A DNA stretch of 64,000 nt, from NCBI GenBank assembly GCA_965202805.1, contig OZ241869.1, positions 1,216,001 to 1,280,000 on the forward strand, written 5' to 3'. Below are positions 19,671 through 29,885 of the stretch, one piece after another; positions within the stretch are counted from its first letter, which is position 1, and each line of letters starts with the position of its first letter. The notes under the pieces are model-generated. The model saw only the letters and a program-made list of their open reading frames with translations, was not told the DNA's origin and did not search any database. The DNA is from Longimicrobiales bacterium (GTDB lineage Bacteria > Gemmatimonadota > Gemmatimonadetes > Longimicrobiales > Gaopeijiaceae). A program made the position numbers and the translations under genes.

Positions 19671-19927
19671 GTTCTGCCCCGGTCAGAGGATGGTGGTGCC
19701 GCCTTGCGCCGCATGGCCGGCGAGCGCGGTCAAGATGGTCCCGCAGGACACGGTACGCCACTCGCGGCGACCTCGTTCCGCACCGTTGCGGGGCTTCGGA
19801 GGCACGCCGGACACGGGATCCCGGAGCCCGGACGGGAGGCCGGCGAGAGCCACCGGCCCGGCACTTGCGGTGGCATGGCGAATCGCGAGATTTGTCCGAC
19901 AATACCCATCCCGCACCCGAGGCTGTC

Positions 19928-21559
<1,632 letters not shown>

Positions 21560-21576
21560 CGGGGCCGGAGCCGGAC

Positions 21577-22416
21577 ATGGACACGACCCCGTCGAACGGC
21601 GCGAGCGTGGCCTTCATCGGCGCCGGAGCCATGGGCGCGGCGATGATCGGCGGCCTTGCGGGCGGAAACGACATCGATCCGGGCCGGGTGATCGCGAGCG
21701 ACCGCAACGAGGACCGGCTCGCGCTCGTGCGCGATCAGTTCGGGGTCGGGACCACCCTCTGCAACCGCGAGGCCGCCCGCACCGCGGATGTCGTCGTCCT
21801 GGCGGTCAAGCCTCAGGTCCTGCCCGCCGTGCTTGCGGAGCTCAAGGGCCGGATTCGCGAGGACGCATTGACGCTCTCGATCGTGGCCGGCGCCTCCATC
21901 GCCTCCATCGCCTCCCTGCTCGAGCACCGCGCCATCGTACGAACCATGCCGAACACGCCGGCCCAGGTCGGGGAAGGCATGACCGTGTGGACGGCCACCC
22001 CGGAGGTCTCGCGGGAACAGCGGGTGCAGGCGGGGACCATCGTCGGGTCGCTGGGACGAGAGCTGTTCGTGGACGACGAGAGGTTTCTCGATATCGCGAC
22101 GGCGATCAGCGGCACCGGGCCGGCCTATGTGTTTCTCATGATGGAGGCGCTCATCGACGCGGCGGTCCATCTCGGGTTCTCGCGCAAGGACGCGCGCGAG
22201 CTGGTCGTCCAGACCATCCGCGGAGCGGCGATCTACGCCGAGCAGCAGCCGGTCCATCCGGCCGAACTGCGCAACCGCGTGACCTCGCCGGGGGGCACCA
22301 CGGCCGAGGCGCTGTATCAGCTCGAGAAGGGGAGCTTCCGGACCATCATGTCCAAGGCGGTGGTGGCGGCATTCAGGCGGAGCGTGGCGCTGGGCGAGAT
22401 GAGCACGCAGTCGTAG
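21577..22416 (+). CDS. proC: Pyrroline-5-carboxylate reductase
   Basis: FIGAGAMG, LAVKPQ, RTMPNTP, SGTGPAY, VTSPGGTT. Confidence 0.96.
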   Translation: MDTTPSNGASVAFIGAGAMGAAMIGGLAGGNDIDPGRVIASDRNEDRLALVRDQFGVGTTLCNREAARTADVVVLAVKPQVLPAVLAELKGRIREDALTLSIVAGASIASIASLLEHRAIVRTMPNTPAQVGEGMTVWTATPEVSREQRVQAGTIVGSLGRELFVDDERFLDIATAISGTGPAYVFLMMEALIDAAVHLGFSRKDARELVVQTIRGAAIYAEQQPVHPAELRNRVTSPGGTTAEALYQLEKGSFRTIMSKAVVAAFRRSVALGEMSTQS

Positions 22417-22512
22417 TCGGCGATACCGGGGGGACGCGGTCCCGGGCGTGGCGACAGCGAAGCGAACGAGGCGGAGACCGGCGCGCGGGCGCGCAGCCCG
22501 CAGACCGGTGGA

Positions 22513-24987
22513 CTACCCTGGAAGGAGCCTCAGCCGGGAGATCGTGCGCGCCTCGACCTCGGACCGCTCGAGCGGCAGGCGCCACAGTTCGCCTCGCTGC
22601 CAGCGCTCCAGCTGATCCCAGCTGTGGCGGTTGGCCGGACGGCCGGACTGCCCTCCGGGCAGGATGAACGCACCCCCGCGGCCGAGGTCTCCGAGGTCGG
22701 TGACGGACCGCTGGCTCGGCCCGCTGGTGACCTCGAACAGGGGGAAGTTGCCCCCGAACGCGGCCGCGTCGACCGTGTAGCCATCGCCTGGCCGGGGCAG
22801 ATCACGCCGGCCGAAGCCCAGCAGGCCGCCGATCACCGGCACGTCCTGGAAGGGATGCGAGATGCGCAGGAGGTGGACCTGCCCCCACGGTCGACCGCTC
22901 GCGTCGGCCGCCTCGAGCGCGGCCCGCGCGGCCAGCGAGTCGACGCCCGCCCCGCCGGCGTCGAGCGCCCGCCCCACCATGTACTGCGGGAAATAGCCGA
23001 ACCCGCCTGCCGCCCTGTAGAAGCGGGCGCGCAGTGCGGTCCCGAGCGCCTCCGCCCAGGCATGGAAGAGCGTCGCCTCGGTGCTTGCCACCGTCGCCCG
23101 CCCGTCCCACGCCTCCAGCGCGGCCGCCAGGCTGTCCAGCCCCGCCCGCCGGAAGGCCGCGCTCGTCCGGCCCCGGTAGCGGGCGATGAAACCGCTCTGC
23201 ACGTCCAGCTGGATGGCCCGCATCGACTCGGCGTCGTGGTCGCCCCGCGCCTCGATCAACTCGGTGATGCGCTGGGCGCGGTAGGGATCCTCCCAGCGGT
23301 CCGGCGAGATCACCAGCGAGAGCGAGTCCCGGCTCTGGCGGTTGTTCGCCGTGGCGATGAACCCCGAGGCCGGGTTGAGCAGCCGCGGATTGCGCTCGTA
23401 GGGCAGCGTCCCGATCCAGTCGTGTTCTCCGGTCCAGCCCGGCACCGGCAGGAGCGGCGGCCGGCCCGAGCGGCGCAGGGGAACGGCGCCGGCGAGCTGG
23501 TAGCCGAAGTCGCCCGCGGTGTCGGCGAAGACCACGTTCTGGTAGGGGCTGGCGAAGTGCGCCAGCGCGGCGATCAGCTCCGACGCGGAGTTGGCGAGGT
23601 TCGTCGCCAGGATCCCCTCGAAGGTGGTCGACGGGTCGTGCGCACCCCAGCGGAAGGACAGAAGCTCGCCTCCCGGCACCGGATCCACCGCCGTCATGAC
23701 CGGGCCGTGGCGGGTTTCGCGCACCAGCAGGCGCACCGGCTGGTCGCGGCCGCGCACCCGGATCGCCTCCTCGCGAACCCGGAAGGGCTCGCTGCCCTCC
23801 GGCGTCATGTAACGGGTGGTGTCGGCCGGATCCACCCGTTCGATGAAGAAGTCGGAGTCGTCGACCATGGCGTTCGTGAAACCCCAGGCAATCCCGGCGG
23901 TGTGTCCCGCGATCACCCCGGGGGCGCCCGGCAGGCTCTCCCCGACCACATCCAGACCGGGCGCGTGCAGCCCGATCAGGTACCAGATGTTGGGGTGGTC
24001 CAGGCCCAGGTGCATGTCGTTGGCGAGGAGGGGCATGCCGCTCGCGGTGCGGGACCCTCCGACGACCCAGGAGTTGGAGGCGCGCACGGTGCTCGCCGCT
24101 TCGAGCGCGGCGCGGGCCGCCGCGGGCATGCGCGACGAGGCGACCACGTCCGCGGAAACGGCGGGCGGCAGGGCGTCCGTGGAGCCGGGCTGCCGCGGAG
24201 TGCGTCCCGCATCCGGTGACGCGGCTCCGCCCGGTGCGCTGGCGCTCGTCCGATCCGGAAGGGCCACCGCGGGCACCGCAGGATCGCCGCCGACCTCATC
24301 GGGTGCAGCCGCCTGCGCAGTATCCTGCAGAATCGTGACCCCCCATTCGGGATAGCGGGGCAGCAACTCCAGCACGGCCTCGTCGCCCGCGGTCGCGCGC
24401 GCGCCGGCCAGCGACATCGAGACCCCGTACTGGGACAGGTCCCAGGCCATGATCTTCTCGACGGCGAGCGAGTGCTCGATCTCCCAGGGCTCGAAGGTCG
24501 CGCGGAGCAGGACGAACTCCGGCGGCAGGAGGCCGCGCCACTCGTCCACGGCCGCGTTGACCCCGCGGGCGTAGGCCTCTGCGAGCGCTCGGGTGCGGGC
24601 GCTTACGGCCGTCTCCCGCCCGGCCCGCGCGAGGCCCAGCGTGCGCAGAAACCGGTCGGCGTCCAGGGTTTCCTCGCCGAAGAGTTCGCTCAGGCGTCCC
24701 TGGGCGACCCGCCGGAACATCTCCAGCTGCCAGAGACGGTCCGTGGCGTGCAGGTACCCCTGCGCGAAGACCGCGTCGGCCAGCGAACCCGCCCACACGT
24801 GGGGCACGCCGAGGGAGTCGCGCAGCACCTCCACCGGCTGCTCCAGGCCGGGAAGCACGAGTTCCCCGGACGCCGGCGCGGGGCCGGTTGCCAGGCGCCT
24901 GACCCCGATCACGCCCGCCAGGGAGGCGAGCAGAATCGCGGCCAGCGTCCCGAGCAGGATTCGCCGGGGCAGGCGGCCCCTGCTCAG
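22513..24987 (-). CDS. Penicillin acylase family Ntn-hydrolase (S45), probable CTG start
   Basis: RDSLGVPHV, QGYLHATDRLWQL, beta-chain start SNSWVV, LANDMHL, PGGQSG; the N-terminal anchor extends to the CTG at 24987. Confidence 0.9.
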   Translation of the reverse strand: MSRGRLPRRILLGTLAAILLASLAGVIGVRRLATGPAPASGELVLPGLEQPVEVLRDSLGVPHVWAGSLADAVFAQGYLHATDRLWQLEMFRRVAQGRLSELFGEETLDADRFLRTLGLARAGRETAVSARTRALAEAYARGVNAAVDEWRGLLPPEFVLLRATFEPWEIEHSLAVEKIMAWDLSQYGVSMSLAGARATAGDEAVLELLPRYPEWGVTILQDTAQAAAPDEVGGDPAVPAVALPDRTSASAPGGAASPDAGRTPRQPGSTDALPPAVSADVVASSRMPAAARAALEAASTVRASNSWVVGGSRTASGMPLLANDMHLGLDHPNIWYLIGLHAPGLDVVGESLPGAPGVIAGHTAGIAWGFTNAMVDDSDFFIERVDPADTTRYMTPEGSEPFRVREEAIRVRGRDQPVRLLVRETRHGPVMTAVDPVPGGELLSFRWGAHDPSTTFEGILATNLANSASELIAALAHFASPYQNVVFADTAGDFGYQLAGAVPLRRSGRPPLLPVPGWTGEHDWIGTLPYERNPRLLNPASGFIATANNRQSRDSLSLVISPDRWEDPYRAQRITELIEARGDHDAESMRAIQLDVQSGFIARYRGRTSAAFRRAGLDSLAAALEAWDGRATVASTEATLFHAWAEALGTALRARFYRAAGGFGYFPQYMVGRALDAGGAGVDSLAARAALEAADASGRPWGQVHLLRISHPFQDVPVIGGLLGFGRRDLPRPGDGYTVDAAAFGGNFPLFEVTSGPSQRSVTDLGDLGRGGAFILPGGQSGRPANRHSWDQLERWQRGELWRLPLERSEVEARTISRLRLLPG

Positions 24988-26162
24988 CGCGACGCCTCCA
25001 GTGCCCGGTTGAAGTCGCGCTGCAAATCCCGGACATCCTCGAGCCCCACCGAGACCCGAACGAATCCGTCGGGGATGCCTGCCTCCGTCCTCTCCTCCGG
25101 GGTCAGGCCGAGGTGGGAGGTGAAGCGCGGCTGCGACACCAGGGTCTCGACGCCGCCCAGGCTGGGAGCGACCCTGGCCACCTCCAGCCCCCGGCAGAAT
25201 GCGTCCGCGCCCGCGCCCCCGCTCCTGAGCACGAAGCCCACCATGCCGCCGAACCCGTCCAGCAGCTCCCCCGCCAGCGCGCGGTCGGGATGACTGGCCA
25301 GGCCGGGGTAGGAGACCCGCGAGATCCCGGGGCGGTTCTCCAGCCAGGCGGCGAGTTCCAGGCCGCTGCGGTTATGGCGCGCCATCCGCACGGACAGCGT
25401 CTTGATCCCGCGCTCCAGCAGCCAGGCCGCGTGGGGGTCCAGCGCCGGCCCGTAGAGCACCAGCATGCGCTGCACGCGCTCGATCAGCTCCCGGCTGCCG
25501 GAGACGACGCCCGCGATCAGGTCGGAATGGCCCCCCAGGTACTTGGTCGCGCTGTGGATCACCACATCCACGCCGAGGCGGGCCGGCCTGAGGTTGATGG
25601 GTGACGCGAAGGTGGCGTCCATCATGGTGACCGCCCCGGCCTGGCGCGCGAGGCGCACCGGGATGCGGGGGTCGAAGACGCGCATCACGGGATTGGTCGG
25701 GGTCTCCAGGAAGAGGATGCGGGTGTTGTCCCGCATCGCCGATTCCCAGGCGCAGGCCTCGTCAGGGTCGACGAAGGTCGTGGTCACCCCGCGGTGCGGC
25801 ATTTCGTCGGCGAGGAACGTGCCGGTGGCGCCGTACAGGTGCTTCGAGGCCACGACGTGGTCCCCGGCGCGGGTGACGGCGAGCACGGCGAGCGCGGTGG
25901 CAGCCATCCCGCTCGCGACGGCCAGGGATGCCTCGGTGCCCTCGAGCGCCGCCAGCTTGCGGGCCACCGCGACCTGGTTCGGGTTGTTTCCGTAGCGGGA
26001 GTAGCGCAGCTCGGGCGCGTCGCCGGGCGCGTTCCAGAAGAAGGTGGAACTCTGCACCACGGGCAGCACGACGGGCTCTCCGGGGCGCGGCTCCGGGCCG
26101 CCGGCGTGAACGCCCAGCGTACCCGGACCCCAGGCCTCCCGCGCCTCCGGGGAATCGCTCAT
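24984..26162 (-). CDS. Second Cys/Met metabolism PLP-dependent enzyme (cystathionine/methionine gamma-lyase-like)
   Basis: YSRYGNNPN, ASGMAA, ETPTNP, DATFASP, HSATKYLGGHSD, SLGGVETL, RVSVGLE. ATG at 26162 has a GGAGG RBS (alternative start 26186). Confidence 0.9.
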   Translation of the reverse strand: MSDSPEAREAWGPGTLGVHAGGPEPRPGEPVVLPVVQSSTFFWNAPGDAPELRYSRYGNNPNQVAVARKLAALEGTEASLAVASGMAATALAVLAVTRAGDHVVASKHLYGATGTFLADEMPHRGVTTTFVDPDEACAWESAMRDNTRILFLETPTNPVMRVFDPRIPVRLARQAGAVTMMDATFASPINLRPARLGVDVVIHSATKYLGGHSDLIAGVVSGSRELIERVQRMLVLYGPALDPHAAWLLERGIKTLSVRMARHNRSGLELAAWLENRPGISRVSYPGLASHPDRALAGELLDGFGGMVGFVLRSGGAGADAFCRGLEVARVAPSLGGVETLVSQPRFTSHLGLTPEERTEAGIPDGFVRVSVGLEDVRDLQRDFNRALEASR

Positions 26163-26163
26163 T

Positions 26164-26209
26164 CCATCCTCCGAGACTCCTTTCATGCCATCCTCCGAGA
26201 CCCTTTCAT
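26164..26209. repeat. Tandem 22-23 nt direct repeat of an RBS/ATG-containing segment
   Basis: ccatcctccgagactcctttcat (26164-26186) and ccatcctccgagaccctttcat (26188-26209). Confidence 0.85.
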
Positions 26210-26793
26210 CCCATCAGACTCCGCATCAGACCGCTCAGCGCCAGGTAATCTCCGGACCCGGGCCGCCGGAATACAAGTCCGCGCCGCACCAGTGATTCCA
26301 GGGTGGCGCGATCGACCTCGTCCGGAAGGTGCGCCGGGACGTCCCCCGGTGAAAGGGCTTCCCGCTCCTCCAGCGAACCCCAGACCCGGGCATCGGCCTC
26401 GCTCCACACGCCGACCAGCCGGCATCGCCCGCGCCCGGTTTCGGCCACCGCGGCAAGGCGATGGCGTTCGAGGACGGCCTGGATCGGTTCCAGATGCAGG
26501 TCGCTCACGCCGCGCAGGATGAAGAAGGCGCGGGTGGCTTCCTCCGGCGGCTGGTAGTGCAGGAGAAGCTTCGCCACGACCTCGTCCGCGCACGAGAAAT
26601 CCAGGACGTGAACCTCGGAGAAGTCGATGACCGAGAGCGCCGTCGCTCCCGCGCTCGCGAGCTGGCTCTCGATGGCCCTCCGCACCGCGCGCCCCGTGGG
26701 CCGGGTCACCAGGTGCGCGTAAAGCGACGCCACCTGCCGCTCAACCAGGCGACGGAGGTCGATCGCCACCGGATCCACACCGAATCCATTCAT
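26206..26793 (-). CDS. STAS-like (DUF4325-like) domain protein with a possible C-terminal winged helix
   Basis: LVTRPTGRAVR..IE, IDFSEVHVLDFSCADEVVAKL; ATGA overlap with the upstream gene. Confidence 0.65.
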   Translation of the reverse strand: MNGFGVDPVAIDLRRLVERQVASLYAHLVTRPTGRAVRRAIESQLASAGATALSVIDFSEVHVLDFSCADEVVAKLLLHYQPPEEATRAFFILRGVSDLHLEPIQAVLERHRLAAVAETGRGRCRLVGVWSEADARVWGSLEEREALSPGDVPAHLPDEVDRATLESLVRRGLVFRRPGSGDYLALSGLMRSLMG

Positions 26794-27716
26794 GAAGCCG
26801 GGCCCGGGTCCGTCATGCGGCTCTTCTCCTTGCCCCGCTCTCTCGCGGGCAGAACGATGTTGATCTGGGCGCCCGGGAAACGGGTCAGCCCCTGCTCCAG
26901 CGCGGGAGTGTCGTCCCAGTCCGGCACGTCGGCGATGCGCGCGGTGCCGCTGCGGATGGAGATGAGCCCATCCCAACGCCGCACCTGCCTGCGGATCTGC
27001 TGGATTCCCTGGCCCCTGCCGGAGTCCTGAAAGCGGGTGACGCCGTGCAGAAAGGCGGCCTCCAGCGCCCGGCCGTCCCCCCATCGCCTGCCGAAGCCGC
27101 CGGCGTGCTCCGCCGCCAGCGATCCGCGGAAACCGCGCCCCAGGTCGGACACGGCGATCACCAGCATCCAGCGCTCCCGGCGCTTTGCCCAGTAGTAGGC
27201 CTGCGCGGCCACCCATCCGGGAGCCTCCGCGTGTTCGATGATGTTCTGGCAGACCTCCGAGAGCACGACCGAGAACTGGACGACGGTCACCAGGGGGTAT
27301 CCCAGAGTGCGGGTCAGGATGGTCCCCGCGCGCGACTGTACGCGATCCACGACCGTATGCACATCGCTGTTGGTGGTCACCGGAGTGATCTCGAGCAGAA
27401 CGTCGGAGCTTGCGGCGAATTCGCGCGGGCGCCGGGCCTGCATCGAAAAGAAGCGCCGGGCGTGTTCGAAGAAGCGGATGCGCGCCAGGTATCCGAGGAC
27501 CGTCGTGTGCCTGGGAAGCCGCAGATGGGGCGCCTGCCCCAGCCTGCGCTTGAGGAGCGCGCCCGCGCTCAGCAGGCCGACCAGGCCCTGCGGGTCGACG
27601 AAGCGAAGATAGCCCGCGTCGAAGAGCGCCTTGCCTTCCGCGACCTGTGCGCATTGCTGGAAGACGCTGTCGACGGTGGAGTAGTCCAGCGATGAGGGCA
27701 CGCGGATTACATGCAA
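26790..27716 (-). CDS. GHKL/HATPase protein (RsbW/SpoIIAB-like) with a degenerate N-terminal STAS-like region
   Basis: N box SEVCQNIIEHA, G1 box VSDLGRG, G2 box GRGQGI, terminal PGAQINI; no His-phosphoacceptor helix evident. Confidence 0.75.
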   Translation of the reverse strand: MHVIRVPSSLDYSTVDSVFQQCAQVAEGKALFDAGYLRFVDPQGLVGLLSAGALLKRRLGQAPHLRLPRHTTVLGYLARIRFFEHARRFFSMQARRPREFAASSDVLLEITPVTTNSDVHTVVDRVQSRAGTILTRTLGYPLVTVVQFSVVLSEVCQNIIEHAEAPGWVAAQAYYWAKRRERWMLVIAVSDLGRGFRGSLAAEHAGGFGRRWGDGRALEAAFLHGVTRFQDSGRGQGIQQIRRQVRRWDGLISIRSGTARIADVPDWDDTPALEQGLTRFPGAQINIVLPARERGKEKSRMTDPGPAS

Positions 27717-27765
27717 CCGGCGAACTCCGGAGTTGGCGCGGCGGGACGGGCGCGGACGGCGCGGC

Positions 27766-28809
27766 TCATCCCCGGGCGATCCGTCCCTTCAGGTGGAGGT
27801 GCAGCCCGCGCGCGCCGCGATGTTCGACGTTCCGGGCGGCCATGGAGTTGGCGGTGACGATCGCGCGCTCGAGGCGGTCGCCATCGAGCAGTCGAGCGAA
27901 GAAGGTAGCGCCCCATACGTCCCCGCAGCCAGTCACATCCCCCTGGCGCGGGCCGCCCGGGATGTCGATCCGCCGGGTCGTGGCGGGGGCGGGGCTGGCC
28001 ACCTGTCCGCGCATGCCGGGCCACGCGGAGGTATCGGACGAGAAGGCGGGCGCGGCCACACAGGCCGCTCCGCGCGGTCCCAGGGTAACGGTGATCAGCT
28101 TCAGGTCCGGCCCGACCACATGCGCCGCCAGCCGCCACGGGTCACCCGCCTCCCGGCCCAGCAGGGCGAACTCGTCGTCGTTCATCTGCACCGCGTCGAA
28201 GCAGCGCAGCCAGGAGTCCCACAGCGGCAGGGGACGCGGCTCGCGTTCGCCGTGCCGCCCGATCCCGAGGAAGAGGGAATGGAGGTCGGCGTAGATCGGG
28301 CCCTCGAACGCCTCGCGCAGCATCTGCGCGGTCTCTAGCTCCATCTCGAAGCCCGAGATGAAGTTGACGTAGAGCGCGTCGCACTCGCCCGCGAGAGGCC
28401 AGAACTCCTCCCATCCCCATGCCGGCACGCCCCCCGAAAGGCGCTCGCAGCGACGCTCGTCGTCCTGGTAGCGGAGTTCCACCCGGTTGTTGGGTTCCGG
28501 GACGACACGGACGGCGCGGTGCGGGCTCACGCGGGGGATCTCGCCCAGGAACCGGAGCGCGGGCTCGGCGAGGTCCTGGCCCACCTTGAGGATGGGGACG
28601 ATGCGCCAGTGCGGCGGCAGCGCGGCGGCGAGCGCCTCCAGGGCATAACTCACCCCGCCCCACTCCTCCACGGGATGACCGTGACCGTCGCGCAGGTAAA
28701 TGGTGTCCCAGACGAGCGTGCCGACCACGCCGAGGAGGGGGCGGCGCGACCCCGAACGGGACGATCCACGCCGGGGGCGCGGCTCAACCCCGGGTCCGGC
28801 CGGGCTCAC
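27766..28809 (-). CDS. PfkB/ribokinase family carbohydrate kinase
   Basis: GVVGTLVWD, WGGVSY, QMNDDE, VTLGPRG, DVTGCGDVWGA; GTGA overlap with the ROK gene. Confidence 0.85.
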   Translation of the reverse strand: MSPAGPGVEPRPRRGSSRSGSRRPLLGVVGTLVWDTIYLRDGHGHPVEEWGGVSYALEALAAALPPHWRIVPILKVGQDLAEPALRFLGEIPRVSPHRAVRVVPEPNNRVELRYQDDERRCERLSGGVPAWGWEEFWPLAGECDALYVNFISGFEMELETAQMLREAFEGPIYADLHSLFLGIGRHGEREPRPLPLWDSWLRCFDAVQMNDDEFALLGREAGDPWRLAAHVVGPDLKLITVTLGPRGAACVAAPAFSSDTSAWPGMRGQVASPAPATTRRIDIPGGPRQGDVTGCGDVWGATFFARLLDGDRLERAIVTANSMAARNVEHRGARGLHLHLKGRIARG

Positions 28810-29885
28810 GTCTCTTCTGCCCGCAAGCGGAACACCCCCGCCGCCCCCACCACCCCCGCCGTCCCCGGGAGCGCTCCCGGCACCACCGTGCAGGCGTCCA
28901 CCGCCGAGCGGAAGCGGGGGCGGGCGAGCTCCGCGGCGAGCGGACCGAACAACAGGTCGCCGGCCTCGGCGACCCCGCCCATCACCACCACCGCGTCCGG
29001 GGCGAGCAGGTTGACCGCGCTGGCGATCCCGGCCGCGAGCATGCGTGCCGCGCGCGCCAGCACGCCGGTCGCGTAGGCGTCCCCCCCGACCGCCGCCTCG
29101 TGCACGGTGGCCGCGGTGATGCGGTCCAGGTCCCCCGCCACCAGCTCCGGCAGCGTCGACCGCGCCCCCCCGGCCAGCCCCTCGACCGCGGTGCGCGCGA
29201 TCCCGGGCCCGGAGGCGTAGGCTTCGAGGCACCCCCTGGCCCCGCAGGTGCAGCGGCGACCGCCGTACCTGACCGTCATGTGCCCGATCTCCCCGGCGGC
29301 GCCCGTGGCCCCGACGAAGGGTCGCCCGTCCATCACGATCCCGCCGCCGATTCCCGTGCCCAGGGTGATCCCCAGCACCGACCGGAAGCCGCGTCCCGCC
29401 CCCTGCCACCACTCCCCGCAGGCGGCGCAGTTGGCGTCGTTCTCCACGACGGTGGGCAGGCCGGTCGCGGCCTGGACGCGGTCGCGCAGCGGGAGCCCGA
29501 ACCACCCCAGGTTGTGCGACTCCACCACGATCCCGCGGGCGCGGTCGAGCGACCCGGGCGCCGCGACGCCCACCCCGGCGACCTCGGCCCCCGGGCCCTC
29601 CGCGCGCGCCAGCTCGTCGACGGCCGCGCGGATCATCCCGCACACCCGATCGACCACCGCCTCCCCGCCCCGCCCGCCCGGCGTGTCACCCGTCCGGAGC
29701 GCGCGCGGGCGGCCACCCGCCGCCGGCACCATGCCTACCGAGAGGGTGGTCCCGCCGATATCGACCCCCGCGATCCACTTCGCCACTACGGCAATCCCGC
29801 CAGGGCGGCCATGCCGGCCACCCGCGAGGGCGCCTCCCCCGCCGCCGGCCGTGGTCCCGGGCGTCGTACTGTCATCTACTGACAT
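28806..29885 (-). CDS. ROK family sugar kinase (glucokinase-like)
   Basis: GVDIGGT, ENDANCAA, TLGTGIGGG, GEIGH, CTCGARGCLEAYAS; no N-terminal HTH. Confidence 0.92.
   Translation of the reverse strand: MSVDDSTTPGTTAGGGGGALAGGRHGRPGGIAVVAKWIAGVDIGGTTLSVGMVPAAGGRPRALRTGDTPGGRGGEAVVDRVCGMIRAAVDELARAEGPGAEVAGVGVAAPGSLDRARGIVVESHNLGWFGLPLRDRVQAATGLPTVVENDANCAACGEWWQGAGRGFRSVLGITLGTGIGGGIVMDGRPFVGATGAAGEIGHMTVRYGGRRCTCGARGCLEAYASGPGIARTAVEGLAGGARSTLPELVAGDLDRITAATVHEAAVGGDAYATGVLARAARMLAAGIASAVNLLAPDAVVVMGGVAEAGDLLFGPLAAELARPRFRSAVDACTVVPGALPGTAGVVGAAGVFRLRAEET

Noticed and set aside
19683..19916. 77-aa ORF in frame with the GT2 (possible readthrough or Sec)
   Set aside because: The sequence does not look protein-like and has no redox motif. 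GT2 enzymes normally begin shortly before the VVIPAYNE strand.
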